Below, in pieces: positions 61,882-64,000 of a stretch of 64,000 bases of DNA. Location of the stretch: contig CM052818.1 in assembly GCA_028534125.1 (NCBI GenBank), forward strand, positions 16,866,001-16,930,000. Direction: 5' to 3'. How positions within the stretch are numbered: the stretch's first letter is position 1; each line of letters starts with the position of its first letter. A model generated the notes under the pieces. It saw nothing but the letters and a program-made list of their open reading frames with translations. It searched no databases and was not told the DNA's origin. The stretch comes from Lama glama. Taxonomy: Eukaryota. A program made the translations under genes and the position numbers.

Positions 61882-62941
61882 ATCCACAATGTAGCCTGAA
61901 TTTGAGTGAAAAGACTGGAGGAGCCCAGCTGGAAGGACACTGAGTTAGTCTCCTAAACTAACATAAATCCAAACTAAGCAAGTAGTTAATAAAATTCTTT
62001 GATGACTGTAATGAGTAGAGATAGGTATGGAAGTGCAAAGAAGGACGGATTTGTGAGGCTTGGGAGAAATTGCCTTTTAGGGTTTATTTGGCACCTAAGT
62101 GGGTCATTCATAAAACTGATTTGATGAGGTTGGTGAGCAAATTGTTGCCTGATTATATTTTAACTGTAGGAATCTGAAAAAGGCTTTCAGGCATAATATT
62201 GAGTATTTTTTTAAAAACTTTTTTTTCAGAAAAAATTATAGGCTTCTGCTATTAAACCATATTACCCATCCATAAAGTTGATGCAGATGGAGAATTATGT
62301 ATAGGTGATCTGGTGCACATTTGGCAGTGTTTCCTTTCCATTTCTTTTAAAAATATGCACACTTTATTTAAATACACTGACATAGATGAGATCTTTCTCA
62401 CATTTCCATGCTGCTGTTCTGGGAAAGTAAATTATACTGTGATAAAAAATAAGTAATTGCTTCTTGTGTTTAATTGATTTTTTTTATAGAAATTACAATG
62501 CAGATTTGATTAAAGGAGGATAGTGCATTACGTACGGTTCATTCACAAGACACATAATGGTATGAAAGAGTGCCACCCAGCACAGAAATTATACCATCAT
62601 TTTGCCTCAATGTGTTGAGTGGGAGATATTTAGAATTCTTTATGACTTATAAACACTGCAGAATGTTTCTTTTCCCATCTTAAGCAGGATGATAGGGACA
62701 TCTACTTCACAGCCATAACATGTCCTGACTGTTAAATTGTAGAAGCCTTTTGGGGGAGAAATAACTAACGGTAGATTTTAAATAAGAAAGAGGATTGTGA
62801 ATTTGATGCTGACAAATGATGCACCTTGTAACAAGGTCACTCCTGAAGTTTGCTAGTTAGGCTCTGTTTGAGTCTGATGTATCAGAGAAATCTGAAAAGA
62901 GCCCATAAAAAAAAGATTAGATTCTAATTCCTGCTTTACTC

Positions 62942-63164
62942 CAATGTTTTACAACCTTGGCGCTATTGATATTTTAATTATATGCTGAAGGGGCTGTCCT
63001 GTGCATGGTAGGATGTTTATTTAGCAATATCCCTGTGTCTGTCTACTAGATACCAGAGGACTGTCCTAAACCCTCCCCAAACTGTGACAACCCAAAATGT
63101 CTACAGACATTGTCAAATGTCTCTCCAGGGTCTCAAAATTGTCTCTAGGTGAGAGCAACCATTG
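62942..63164. mobile_element. MER20 (near full length)
   Basis: 'caaccttggcgctattgatattt...ggggctgtcctgtgcatggtaggatgttt...tgtgacaacccaaaatgtctacagacattgtcaaatgtc'. Confidence 0.88.
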
Positions 63165-64000
63165 CTCCATATCATTGAAATATAAGCTGCAAAATTTTGC
63201 TGATTAAGGAAAAAAAAATACCTATTGCGTGTAAATCATCTTGGATAATTCTGCAGCTCAGGCTCAGGGCCTTTTGGAGGTTCTGATTCTTTTCTGTATT
63301 GTCCCGAAGTCCCAGGAATTTAAGATATTTTTCTCTTACTCATTGGCTATACTCATCCAATAGGTCCCTTTCAGTTTTATTTATTTGTTTTTTTAATCTT
63401 CTGTTTTCCTCCCCAAGCCTACTGTGAAGCAAGGAAGTCTCTTTAGCTGCCTTTTCCTTTATAGATTTTAAAGAACAGACCCCTTTGTATTTGAAGGAAT
63501 TTCTTTTAATTTCCATGGTAATAAAATCAGGGAATGATAGGGGACATTATAAAGGTTTTCATAATTTTTTGAAGGTTTTGGGGTAGTGGTTCCTGATGAA
63601 TGAAAGTCCTGCTTAGGACCTCTGCTTTCATACTGAAGATACTGAAGGGTTAGCTCATGAAACTCAGCTCCTTTCCTTCCTTGTAGTGAAAGCAAAGCAG
63701 AACCTTATATCCACTAAACATGAAGATGTCAAAACAGAGGAATAGTAGTCCTACTGAACATGAATACCTCATCGATGACTGCACAGCTGAGTCTCTAAGC
63801 CTTCTGTCTTACTCAGGCCTGATTTCCTTCTCTGGACATTTTAATACCATTGACACTTGTGCACTTTAACTCATACCATTAACTGTTATGAGCTTTCATC
63901 AAGCATAAATCTTAAGGAGTTTATTTTTGTTGATTTTTACACAACTCATTTATTATAAATGGGTTTCAGGCCCTTAAAGACTTACTTTTCTTCAGGATAA

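Overview
AT-rich mammalian genomic DNA, most likely camelid (alpaca/llama/camel), judged from three tRNA-Ala-derived Vic-1-type SINEs and young artiodactyl-type L1 3' ends. I find no recognisable protein-coding gene, RNA gene, CpG island or prokaryotic system. The ORF-track entries are chance ORFs, repeat-derived fragments or artefacts of a 500-N gap at 29709-30208. The window is a mosaic of interspersed repeats (L1, L2, L3/CR1, MIR, ERV1 and MaLR solo LTRs, MER5/MER20/MER94/MER2 DNA-transposon relics) separated by repeat-free blocks that may be regulatory. Nearly all L1s and LTRs lie on the minus strand, which suggests a large intron of a plus-strand transcription unit. The most notable local signals are four STAT GAS motifs within 120 bp (44268-44386), a MER41-like LTR, several nested insertions with readable target-site duplications (TSDs), three L1s 5'-truncated at nearly the same ORF2 position, and an 8-tract G-quadruplex motif. 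Repeat family names come from recalled consensus sequences and need RepeatMasker/Dfam confirmation; boundaries without a stated TSD are approximate. I see no convincing evidence for a novel biological system.
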